Positions 1-8,004 of a stretch of DNA of 64,000 nucleotides are shown here, in pieces. Below the pieces are notes generated by a model. That model saw only the letters and a program-made list of their open reading frames with translations, ran no database searches and was not told the origin of the DNA. The DNA is taken from contig JBEKHS010000005.1 of NCBI GenBank assembly GCA_050012155.1, forward strand, positions 21,117 to 85,116. The letters run 5' to 3'. Numbering within the stretch: the stretch's first letter is position 1; the number at the start of each line of letters is the position of its first letter. This DNA is from Candidatus Sulfotelmatobacter sp. Lineage in GTDB: Bacteria; Acidobacteriota; Terriglobia; Terriglobales; Acidobacteriaceae. The position numbers were made by a program, and so were the translations under genes.

Positions 1-342
1 GTTCATCGGAGATGCTCACGAGCAGCCGATAATCACATAAAATCGTTTGCCCAGAAAACCGCTGAGTATGTTTGCAAGCGTTTCGACATAAGCGATATTT
101 CGAAAATACTCGCGCGGTTCGGAGATGACTACAAGCAGCAGTTCCACGGACAGGCAATGAGCGGGACCGCCCATGTCTCGTGGGACAACATCTATACCAA
201 TAGACAAGCGGTCGCCCATAAAGCTGGAGCGCAAATGAGCTTCGGGGACCTGAAAAATGACTACCTGAACAGTTTGTTGATACTGGACGCTCTAGTCTCA
301 GCCCTGACGCTGAGTCCGACTGAGATCAGCGATCTCACGTAG
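1..342 (+). CDS. C-terminal fragment of a HEPN-like protein (5' end lies outside the window)
   Basis: Frame 1 is open from nt 1 to the TAG at 340-342. The translation contains an R-x4-H motif (NRQAVAHK) near the C-terminus, as in HEPN RNase domains. The track ORF 157..342 is the tail of this frame. Confidence 0.4.
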   Translation, partial: VHRRCSRAADNHIKSFAQKTAEYVCKRFDISDISKILARFGDDYKQQFHGQAMSGTAHVSWDNIYTNRQAVAHKAGAQMSFGDLKNDYLNSLLILDALVSALTLSPTEISDLT

Positions 343-416
343 GAGTGATTTCAAGTAATCATGGTGCCGGGCGGGTGGCTCGGGTTTACTTACCGGGATG
401 CGGCAGCCGCCGGGCG

Positions 417-710
417 TCAGCGGACACCATCACTTTGGGCTTCCATGTAAGACCGCAGGATGGCGTTGATGCGGGTCTGGTAGCCTTTGCCGTGCTTTTT
501 GAGCCATTGCACGACATCGTGGTCCACACGGATGGTGAGGCGGTCTTTGGGCTCGGGCAGCGTGAGCTTGGCGGTGGCCCAGAACGACTTGCTGAGCTTG
601 GGGATATCGGAGAAGTCGATTTCGGAGTCCCGCATGGCGCGCAACCGTTTGAAGTCTGTCGCGCCTTTGGAGCGAGCTCGTGAGCTGGTTTGCGTAGTCT
701 TGCCTTTCAT
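417..710 (-). CDS. brnA: BrnA-family antitoxin (CopG/RHH-like)
   Basis: 97 aa. The motifs DFSDIPKL...LTIRVDHDVVQWLKKHGKGYQTRINAILRSYMEA are typical of BrnA. AAGGAGG lies 7 nt upstream of the ATG. The ORF overlaps the 3' part of the brnT frame. Confidence 0.8.
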   Translation of the reverse strand: MKGKTTQTSSRARSKGATDFKRLRAMRDSEIDFSDIPKLSKSFWATAKLTLPEPKDRLTIRVDHDVVQWLKKHGKGYQTRINAILRSYMEAQSDGVR

Positions 711-942
711 CGCGATGTGCCCTCCTTGCGGAAATAATTCGACGGCGTTTGCCGCGGATTGCGTAGACCACTACGACCTCAATCTCTTCGATTAAGCCGA
801 TGGCCAATACGCGGTCTTCTCCGCGACTGTGGCTCGCCTTCTCGAACACCGGGCCGTCAAAAATCCGCATCGCGTCCTGGAAGTCGATGTGGTGCTTTGC
901 GAGGTTGGACTGGCGATTGCTCTCGTCCCACTCGAAAAGCAT
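430..942 (-). CDS. brnT: BrnT-family toxin (DUF497) with an unusually long C-terminal extension
   Basis: Internal Met at 942 gives MLFEWDESNRQSNLAKHHIDFQDAMRIFDGPVFE...VVVVYAIRGKRRRIISARRAHRDERQDY, which is the BrnT/DUF497 pattern. The frame then has no stop until 430. The true 3' end is uncertain. Confidence 0.65.
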   Translation of the reverse strand: MLFEWDESNRQSNLAKHHIDFQDAMRIFDGPVFEKASHSRGEDRVLAIGLIEEIEVVVVYAIRGKRRRIISARRAHRDERQDYANQLTSSLQRRDRLQTVARHAGLRNRLLRYPQAQQVVLGHRQAHAARAQRPPHHPCGPRCRAMAQKARQRLPDPHQRHPAVLHGSPK

Positions 943-1203
943 GTTTACGGCCTCGACACACCATGGGATAAAGTATAAGAGTATCAGGATATGCACAAGA
1001 TGTACATACGCGATTAGGGGAGCTTTACGCGGCGCTGAAGCGCCGCTCTTCCACTGGGCTACCGGGGTTGGGGCGCTGCCAGCGAAAAGCAGATTCCTCA
1101 CCCAGCTTGGCGCCCGGCCTGGAATGACGAAGAGTTGAGTGCGGCGCGCGGTTCGGATGACAAGGCTATCGATTCAACCGTGTGGGCGACGTGCAACCAG
1201 AAA

Positions 1204-1914
1204 TCAGATGATGTCGACCTTTCCCCAGGGGACATACATATAGCCGTAGAAGTCGTATGTCGCCTGGAGATCGTTCGGGTTCTGGTCGCTGATCGGCCCC
1301 TGGTTTACGGTCCAGTTGCTGGAGGCCGGGTCGGCGATGGGATTGCCGGCAAAATCGAAGTTGGTGACCTGGTCGGGGCCATCTTTCTGCGACCAGGAAT
1401 GAAAGTTCGCGTTGTCGTCGCAGCGGACCCAGTGGTAATCGCCGGGCCAGCCAGCGGCGGTGTCGGGTGAAGATATGAGAAGGGCGACATAATGCCCGCC
1501 GTCCGCGGACGCCGCACGCTTCTGAATATCGGAGATCGTACTGCCGACGAAGATCAGACCGTCTTTTTCCGCGCCCGCCTGCACGCCGGCGCCTGTCGTA
1601 GGCTGGGGAATCAGATATCCATGGCGCCTTCCTGGCTGGGCGAACGAGTTGGTGGCTATGTCGCACGAATAGTTGTAGCAGTTATTATTTGGCTGGAACT
1701 TCGAGGACATGAAATAGCCGTTGCAATCCCGCGCCGGGTCATAGCACACCAAAGCGGTGGCCACGGTTGCCGCGTACTGAGGGACGTTGCCGACGCCCGG
1801 AATACTGACATAGCTCGGCGCGAGGACGTCTGCGGCCGCGGCCTGAACGCGATGCGCAAGGTCATCGGGTGCGATCCTGCCGCTAAGCTTGAACCGGCGA
1901 ACTGGTGGGTGCAT
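1204..1914 (-). CDS. Hypothetical Cys/Trp/Asn-rich protein, possibly with a papain-like fold
   Basis: 236-aa ORF with no convincing competitor. Residue order NNNCYNYSC ... GGHYVALLI ... DYHWVRCDDNANFHSWSQKDG loosely mirrors the Cys...His...Asn-Ser-Trp order of C1 peptidases. No obvious signal peptide. Confidence 0.55.
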   Translation of the reverse strand: MHPPVRRFKLSGRIAPDDLAHRVQAAAADVLAPSYVSIPGVGNVPQYAATVATALVCYDPARDCNGYFMSSKFQPNNNCYNYSCDIATNSFAQPGRRHGYLIPQPTTGAGVQAGAEKDGLIFVGSTISDIQKRAASADGGHYVALLISSPDTAAGWPGDYHWVRCDDNANFHSWSQKDGPDQVTNFDFAGNPIADPASSNWTVNQGPISDQNPNDLQATYDFYGYMYVPWGKVDII

Positions 1915-2143
1915 TCACGACCTCTTCCTGAACCAAGACGAAACTGCCATCTTTCGACTTCAAAGACAGCCGACTCAGCGTTTTTTGCAAAACCCATAAA
2001 TCACACATAAGTCTGGTTTGGGTACATACAGGCTGAGGGAATGAGCGTAGAGTTAAAGTGTCTCTTCTAGCATCGTCCCGCTAACTCCGTGGCTGACGGT
2101 CCCTTGCAAAAATCAGACGTTTTTCGCCGAGCGAGGAGCCTTC

Positions 2144-2917
2144 ATGCCCAAAAGCCCTGCCAATCGTCCTCCGCCTGTCCGCGCTTCCGTTGTGCATGAC
2201 GGCGATGGAAAAGAAATAGGCAACCTTATTCTCCGCAGTCTTCCCTCAAGCGAAGGTACGCAAGTTTTATCCTCCGCGGAATTTGTGCGCCTCAACCTTC
2301 ATCAGGTGCTCCATGAGGCTGGAGAGACGATCAAGTCGGTGTATTTCCTGAACGAAGGCTTGGGCTCGGTGCTGACGGTTCAGCCCGACGGCAAGAGCGT
2401 GGAAGTAGGTTTGATCGGCAAGGAGGGGTTTGTCGGCCTGCCCATTATCTTTGGATTTTCAACCAGCGGACTTCGAGTGGTCACGCAGGCGGATGGAACT
2501 GCATACCGAATCGAAGCGCAGACTCTGCGAAAATTCCTACCCGAGTGTCCGGAACTGGAACGGCAGCTTCAGCGCTTCTCATTGTTCCTGGGGATGCAAT
2601 CGACGCAGCTCGCGGCCTGCAATCGCCTTCATAAGGTGGAGGAGCGATTGGCACGCTGGCTGTTGATGAGCCAGGACCGGATTGGCGGCAAAACGCTCCC
2701 CTTAACCCAGGAGTTTCTGGGGCAAATGCTCGGAACGCGGCGGGCAAGCGTCAGCGCCGCTGCAGGAGCGTTGCAGAAAGCCGACATGATCACGTACACA
2801 CGAGGCAACGTGACGATCGTCGATCGACGAAAGCTTGAGCAGACCGCCTGCGATTGCTATTCCATCATCCAACTGCAGAAAAAAAAGTGGAACGCGGAAA
2901 TCGATAGCTCGGGCTGA
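2144..2917 (+). CDS. Crp/Fnr-family transcriptional regulator
   Basis: cNMP-binding-like N-terminal domain (VYFLNEGLGSVLTVQPDGKSVEVGLIGKEGFVG). C-terminal HTH (RLARWLL...LTQEFLGQMLGTRRASVSAAAGALQKADMITY). Confidence 0.85.
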   Translation: MPKSPANRPPPVRASVVHDGDGKEIGNLILRSLPSSEGTQVLSSAEFVRLNLHQVLHEAGETIKSVYFLNEGLGSVLTVQPDGKSVEVGLIGKEGFVGLPIIFGFSTSGLRVVTQADGTAYRIEAQTLRKFLPECPELERQLQRFSLFLGMQSTQLAACNRLHKVEERLARWLLMSQDRIGGKTLPLTQEFLGQMLGTRRASVSAAAGALQKADMITYTRGNVTIVDRRKLEQTACDCYSIIQLQKKKWNAEIDSSG

Positions 2918-2928
2918 TCCGAACAGCA

Positions 2929-4233
2929 TCAACTGTTGGCGACTCCCCGGTAGCGGCCGACCAGCCCGGCGCGCCGTGCGGGCAATTGTTTTTCGGCGTT
3001 GTCGCTGATCGAACGGACGTTGCTGTTCTGCTCCGACCGGAAGCGCAACAAGGCTGCAATATTCCCGACTTTGTCGAACTCGGCGTCATCCTTCACGTAG
3101 AACAGTTCGATGTCGTGACGGATTACTCCGGGCAGGATGGCTTCCGCCACATCCACCACAGCGCGAGTCTGCCTGCCGCAAACCGGACAGAAGCTCACCA
3201 GATGGGCGTCAAGATGGCCGCAGCCGGAGCACTCGACTGCCTGCGCCGCATAGTTGAAACCGAGCAGAAGAGTTTGCACCTGGCCTAACTGCAACGCGTG
3301 GAGGACGCGCCGCAATCCGGTGACGCCGCGGCCATTGCCGCGGGCCTGCTCGAGTGCCTCGCGGACCAATTCCGCGCGGCGCTTATCCTGCGAAGCCGCG
3401 AAAATGCGCTCCGCCTCTGAACGGATTACTTTCCTGGGCACATGAGCCAGGTCGGCGCAAAAGCGCCCGAGCAACTTCTGCGAGACATAAGGATGCAGTT
3501 GCGGTTCGAACTGCGGCCACAGAGTCTCCTGGCAGCCCAGGATCCAGTTCTCGAATATCCCTTTGTCTTTATCGTTACCCAGCGCGTCTTTAAGGAACTC
3601 GGCGACAAACTTGAAATGCTGGCGGGCTTCGTCGGCCACGCGGCGCTGGGCATGGCCTCCGTCGTAGCCCGCGAAACCGTCGCTACGGCCACGGCGGGAG
3701 AGCGGATGGAAAAATCCTTCGCGCTCGGTCAGTTCGCCCAAACGCAGTTCGAACAGGCGCGCGCGATGGCGATCGACGAGCACGATGCCGAGGCTGGGGA
3801 ATGCTCCCAGCAGGTGCGCCAGAGGCTTCAGACGAAAATGACGATCAACCCGAAGCTCCGTGCCCTTCAGTTGGTCGGGCAGATCGTACTCCCGCCAGAA
3901 AGCTCGAGCCGAGCAGGCGAATACCGCTTTGGCTCGCGCGCCATTGCCTCGCGCGCCATTGCCTCGCCAATCCTGCGACAGACGCACGATGCGGTCAAGA
4001 TCGGCACGTGCCGATTCGCATTTGTCTTTTTTGGAGTTACTGCGTTCTTTAGGGTGACTGCTGCTTCTGCTTTCCAACTGGCGCAAAGCTTCGCGCGCCA
4101 AATCTTTGGCGAGGATTGCGTCTTCCTTGTGGGCTTTGTTGCGGGGCGCTGCGGGCTGAAAATAAAAACTAAGCGCACAGGCTTGTGGATCTTCAAATTG
4201 GGCCAATTCACGGACTTGTTCACGAGTAATCAT
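2929..4233 (-). CDS. Bacterial archaeo-eukaryotic release factor-like protein (baeRF / eRF1-Pelota-like) with a Zn-ribbon insert
   Basis: 434 aa. Central LGIVLVDRHRARLFELRLGELTE and a YDGGHAQRR loop. The C-terminal domain (GRGVTGLRRVLHALQLGQVQTLLL ... CSGCGHLDAHLVSFCPVCG ... IELFYV) resembles aRF1/Pelota domain 3 with a zinc ribbon. Confidence 0.7.
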   Translation of the reverse strand: MITREQVRELAQFEDPQACALSFYFQPAAPRNKAHKEDAILAKDLAREALRQLESRSSSHPKERSNSKKDKCESARADLDRIVRLSQDWRGNGARGNGARAKAVFACSARAFWREYDLPDQLKGTELRVDRHFRLKPLAHLLGAFPSLGIVLVDRHRARLFELRLGELTEREGFFHPLSRRGRSDGFAGYDGGHAQRRVADEARQHFKFVAEFLKDALGNDKDKGIFENWILGCQETLWPQFEPQLHPYVSQKLLGRFCADLAHVPRKVIRSEAERIFAASQDKRRAELVREALEQARGNGRGVTGLRRVLHALQLGQVQTLLLGFNYAAQAVECSGCGHLDAHLVSFCPVCGRQTRAVVDVAEAILPGVIRHDIELFYVKDDAEFDKVGNIAALLRFRSEQNSNVRSISDNAEKQLPARRAGLVGRYRGVANS

Positions 4234-4268
4234 GCGGATTTCCCAGGCCTTACAAACAGAAAATGAAG

Positions 4269-5312
4269 TTACGCGGTGCCGGTGGGCGCGAAGCGTCCTT
4301 TAAATTGCATGGCCAGTCCGGGCGATTTGCGCAGGTGATTGCGGGCGGCGGAGATGGAATCGAGTACGTGCTCGGGCGAAACGCCGGTGATGGCAGCGAT
4401 CTCGCCCACGCCGAAGCCTTCAATGGCGTGGAGAATGAAGGCTTCGCGATGAGCCGGCCGAACGTCACGCAGAGCGGAAGCGATGAGGTGCATCATCTCA
4501 TCCGAACCCACGATCTCCTCAGGCGTGGCCACGCGGTCGTCGGCGATGATGGTCTCTTCTGTGATAGCTTCGTCGGGCTGATGGAATTGCAATCCGGGCT
4601 CGTCGCTGGCTTTGACATTTTGCTTGCGGGCGGATTCCTCGAGGTGCACAGCTCCACCGTCGCTGTCATCCGTGCGCGAGAGTTGATCCAGCGCGGTGAG
4701 CGCGAGGTGGTAGAGCCAGGGCTCGAGCGCGAGGCGCTCCGGTTTCTCGTGACTGTTGTCCAGCGCGGCGGCGACAGTTTCGTCGATTACTTCTTCTTTG
4801 GTGATGGACTCCGGCGCAACCAGGTCGGAAGCTTCGCGGAAAAAGATTTCGTGTTCGACAAAACGCTCCAGGCGCGCCAGATTCACGTTGACGTAGGAGC
4901 GCACGTCATCGGCTGAGACCGTTGCCGGAAACACTGCAGCTAACGTCTGCTCGAAGGGCACGGAAACATTGCGCCGCGTCGAAGCCTCATGGCGACGCCG
5001 GGTCCACTTGTGGCTGGAGCGCAGCAGGTCTTTGTGCCTGGTGAGCTGTTGCAGCAAATCTTCGAATGCTCTCTTCACCGCGGCGGCAACGGTTGCGGCT
5101 TTGGACTGCGCCGCCATCTGGCCCGAAGGCAGTCGCAGGTTGAGCGAAACGCTGGTCCCCTCGCGGGCGGAGAGTTCCTCCACCGTGCCTTTCAGATGGA
5201 TCAACTCCGGGCGAAACACCTGCAGCCGTTTTCGCAGTTTTTCAATTTGATGTTGGAGATCTTTTTCTACGGCGGGAGTTTTATGAAGACGGTAACTGAT
5301 GTGAACGTTCAT
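4269..5312 (-). CDS. HPF/RaiA (S30AE) ribosome-hibernation domain fused to an ECF sigma-like region 2/region 4 module
   Basis: Start chosen at MNVHISYRL (ATG 5312, GAGGTG upstream). The N-terminal ~100 aa fit the HPF pattern. The C-terminus carries LEPWLYHLALTALDQL (region 2-like) and REAFILHAIEGFGVGEIAAITGVSPEHVLDSISAARNHLRK (sigma-70 region 4 HTH). Only 35 nt separate it from the baeRF gene. Confidence 0.75.
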   Translation of the reverse strand: MNVHISYRLHKTPAVEKDLQHQIEKLRKRLQVFRPELIHLKGTVEELSAREGTSVSLNLRLPSGQMAAQSKAATVAAAVKRAFEDLLQQLTRHKDLLRSSHKWTRRRHEASTRRNVSVPFEQTLAAVFPATVSADDVRSYVNVNLARLERFVEHEIFFREASDLVAPESITKEEVIDETVAAALDNSHEKPERLALEPWLYHLALTALDQLSRTDDSDGGAVHLEESARKQNVKASDEPGLQFHQPDEAITEETIIADDRVATPEEIVGSDEMMHLIASALRDVRPAHREAFILHAIEGFGVGEIAAITGVSPEHVLDSISAARNHLRKSPGLAMQFKGRFAPTGTA

Positions 5313-5397
5313 GAGCACCTCGGGTATTCCAACGAAGCAACGCAACCCAGTGCTTGCTGAGAAATCACTTCCTGAGAAAATTGTACACCCGTTGCCA

Positions 5398-5415
5398 GAT
5401 TGCAAGACTGCAATC
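5398..5415. promoter_or_regulatory. Perfect inverted repeat GATTGCA-AGAC-TGCAATC, a candidate Crp/Fnr-type box
   Basis: 7-4-7 palindrome in the same 5-N4-5 core format as the FNR box (TTGAT-N4-ATCAA). It lies about 90 nt upstream of the HPF-sigma start, in a divergent intergenic region. Confidence 0.3.
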
Positions 5416-5537
5416 GAAAAATCTGATCTGATCGTTTAGCAGTTCTGGGAATGCGCGGAGATGAGAAATTCAAGAGGCTGCAAGCTGAGTGCAGATAATT
5501 TACAGCCGGCCACTTTGCCGGGTATGATCCGTGAACC

Positions 5538-6842
5538 ATGAAACTCGGAATTATGAAACTCGCAAAACTCTTACTGCTTGCCTCGCTGGCAGGTTCCGCG
5601 CTCGCTCAACTGCCAGCATCAAAAGAAGTTGAGGCCGTTTACCCCGACGCGCACGCGCTGTATGTAGACATACACGAGCACCCCGAGCTGTCGTCACATG
5701 AAACGCAGACGGCGGCGAAGTTGGCGAGCCGGTTGCGTGGCCTCGGTTATGAGGTGACCGAACACGTCGGCGGCACAGGGATTGTCGCCATCCTGAGAAA
5801 CGGCGCCGGCCCAACGGTGATGTTGCGGACCGAGCTTGATGCGCTGCCGGTGGAAGAGAAAACCGGATTGGCTTACGCGAGCACGGTTCACACCAAAGAC
5901 GACGGCGGCCGCGATGTTCCGGTCATGCATGCTTGCGGGCACGATCTGCACATGGCCGCAATATTCGCTACAGCCGCGATCATGGCGCACAGCAAAGATA
6001 CCTGGCATGGCACGCTGATGCTGGTCGGCCAGCCCGCCGAGGAAACCATTACCGGCGCCAAGGCGATGCTCGACGACGGCTTTCTGAAGAGATTTCCGAA
6101 GCCCGACGTGGCCGTGGCGTTGCACGTAGGTAACGGACTTCCGGCGGGGATGGTTGGAATTACGCCCGGAGTGTACAACACGAATGCCGACTCGTTGCGG
6201 ATCACGATCTATGGCAAGGGCGGGCACGGCTCGGCTCCACAAACCGCGATCGATCCTATCGTGATCGCCGCGAGGACGATTCTTGCGTTGCAGACCATCG
6301 CTTCGCGCGAGGTGGCGCCAGGAGAAATGGCTGTGGTTACGGTCGGCTACATCCAGGCCGGAACCAAGAACAATATTATTCCGGATCATGCTGAGATGGG
6401 GCTGACCGTGCGCACCAGAAAACCCGAGGTGCGCAAGCAGGTGCTGGCGGCCATTACGCGTATCACGAATGCTGAAGCCGAAGCAGCGGGTGCGCCACGC
6501 CCGCCGTCGATCGAGCACTATGAAGCGACGGACCTGGTCTACAACGATCCGGCGCTGGCGCAGCGGATGCGTGGTGTGCTCGAGTTGGCGCTCGGCAAAG
6601 CAAACGTTGTGATCGAAGAGCCGATCTCACCCTCCGAGGATTTTTCTTATTTCGTCGAGCAGGGAATTCCGGGCTTCTACTTCAGTCTCGGCGGAGCCGA
6701 CCCCGAAAAGCTGGCCCAGGCCAAAGCCGCGGGCACGATGCTGCCCTCGAATCACTCTCCGCTATTCGCGCCTGATGTTGATCCAGCGCTACGGACCGGG
6801 ATTGCAGCGGAGGTCGCGGTGCTGAGGGATTTACTGAAGTGA
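5538..6842 (+). CDS. M20D-family amidohydrolase (aminoacylase/hippurate hydrolase-like), secreted
   Basis: Signal peptide MKLAKLLLLASLAGSALA. Motifs HPELSSHE, MHACGHDLH and GQPAEE are typical of peptidase M20D. Confidence 0.9.
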   Translation: MKLGIMKLAKLLLLASLAGSALAQLPASKEVEAVYPDAHALYVDIHEHPELSSHETQTAAKLASRLRGLGYEVTEHVGGTGIVAILRNGAGPTVMLRTELDALPVEEKTGLAYASTVHTKDDGGRDVPVMHACGHDLHMAAIFATAAIMAHSKDTWHGTLMLVGQPAEETITGAKAMLDDGFLKRFPKPDVAVALHVGNGLPAGMVGITPGVYNTNADSLRITIYGKGGHGSAPQTAIDPIVIAARTILALQTIASREVAPGEMAVVTVGYIQAGTKNNIIPDHAEMGLTVRTRKPEVRKQVLAAITRITNAEAEAAGAPRPPSIEHYEATDLVYNDPALAQRMRGVLELALGKANVVIEEPISPSEDFSYFVEQGIPGFYFSLGGADPEKLAQAKAAGTMLPSNHSPLFAPDVDPALRTGIAAEVAVLRDLLK

Positions 6843-7063
6843 ACAGGCGGAGGAAGGGCAGCAAGGCGGTCAATCGCGCAAGACTTCCCACTCGTTTTCG
6901 TCGTTGGCCGGAGAAACGATGTCTCAGTGGTGGACCTCGATCCACGCGAAGCAGCGCCTGAAGGCGCGCCGATCATTGCGGCACTTGCGGCACGCATGAA
7001 TGCGTGCCCTGATACGAATCGTACTTGCACCACACGGGCTGTTAGGTTTCCCATCGGCTGCGA

Positions 7064-7963
7064 TCAGCGGCGCTTTAGGGCTTCGAGCTCCTCCAGGGTT
7101 CTGGGCCAGTCCGATCCTAGGAGCCGGGACAGGCTGCGGTCGGCCAGAACTTTGCCACCGGTCTGGCAACGCGCGCAGTAGTTCGTTTCCTTGTCGGCGT
7201 AACGAATCCGCAGGACTTTGTCGCCGCATCTTGGACATGGTTCGCCGTAGCGGCCGTGAACAGCCATCTCCGAGCGAAAAGCAGTAACCTTTTCCGGGAA
7301 GGCCACGTTCGCTTCGGCCCGGAGGCGGTCGATCCAGAATTGGAGAGTGTGTTGCGTCGCGGCGAATAGGCGCTCCCATTCGGGCGGCTGCAGTTTCTGA
7401 GTGAGGGCCAGTGGAGAGAGTTGCGCAGCGTGCAGAATTTCATCCGAATACGCGTTGCCGATACCACTCAATAGTCGCGGATCGGTAAGCGCTCGCTTTA
7501 GCGTGTGGTTTTCGGTAGTAAGCGCCGCACGAAACGCATCGAGATCGCTGGAGAAGACGTCGATGCCTCCCGCGTCGAAGGAATGCAGGGCCTCTTCGCC
7601 GCGCACAACGTGCAGGGACGCGCGGCGCTTGGAGCCAGCCTCGGTAAGAACCAGGGAACCGTTCGGGAAATCGAACGCCGCCAGAGTTTGGCGACCGGCG
7701 AGCTTGGCTCCGGCCGCGCGCCAGTGCAAGCGGCCGGCGATCATCAGGTGAAGGACCAGCCAAAGATCGTTCTCTACGCCGATCGCAATGCGCTTGCCGA
7801 TGCGCCGCAGCTCGCGGACAACGCGGCCTTCCGTCTCGGCTAGCGGCGGTTGCGCTGTTCGCAGGAGAAAGGCGCTTTGCAGCCGTACACGCTCGAGGGG
7901 CTGGTCGGCGATTCGCGGTTCTAGTGCGGTGATGTAGGCGGAGATGTCGGGTAGTTCTGGCAT
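7064..7963 (-). CDS. Fpg/Nei-family DNA glycosylase/AP lyase
   Basis: Start set at MPELPD (N-terminal catalytic Pro after Met removal). C-terminal zinc finger CPRCGDKVLRIRYADKETNYCARCQ. Confidence 0.85.
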   Translation of the reverse strand: MPELPDISAYITALEPRIADQPLERVRLQSAFLLRTAQPPLAETEGRVVRELRRIGKRIAIGVENDLWLVLHLMIAGRLHWRAAGAKLAGRQTLAAFDFPNGSLVLTEAGSKRRASLHVVRGEEALHSFDAGGIDVFSSDLDAFRAALTTENHTLKRALTDPRLLSGIGNAYSDEILHAAQLSPLALTQKLQPPEWERLFAATQHTLQFWIDRLRAEANVAFPEKVTAFRSEMAVHGRYGEPCPRCGDKVLRIRYADKETNYCARCQTGGKVLADRSLSRLLGSDWPRTLEELEALKRR

Positions 7964-8004
7964 TGGTATAGGTTGCATGTGGGGAAGGAATTTGGCAACG
8001 TGGC

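Noticed and set aside
16-234. 72-aa minus-strand ORF at the window start
   Set aside because: The plus-strand frame is open from nt 1 and carries an R-x4-H motif, so it is preferred. Neither is strongly supported.
5377-5398. Sigma-54-like TGGCA-N-...-TACA on the minus strand upstream of the HPF-sigma gene
   Set aside because: The -12 element reads GTAC rather than TTGC at the required spacing, so it does not fit TGGCAC-N5-TTGC.
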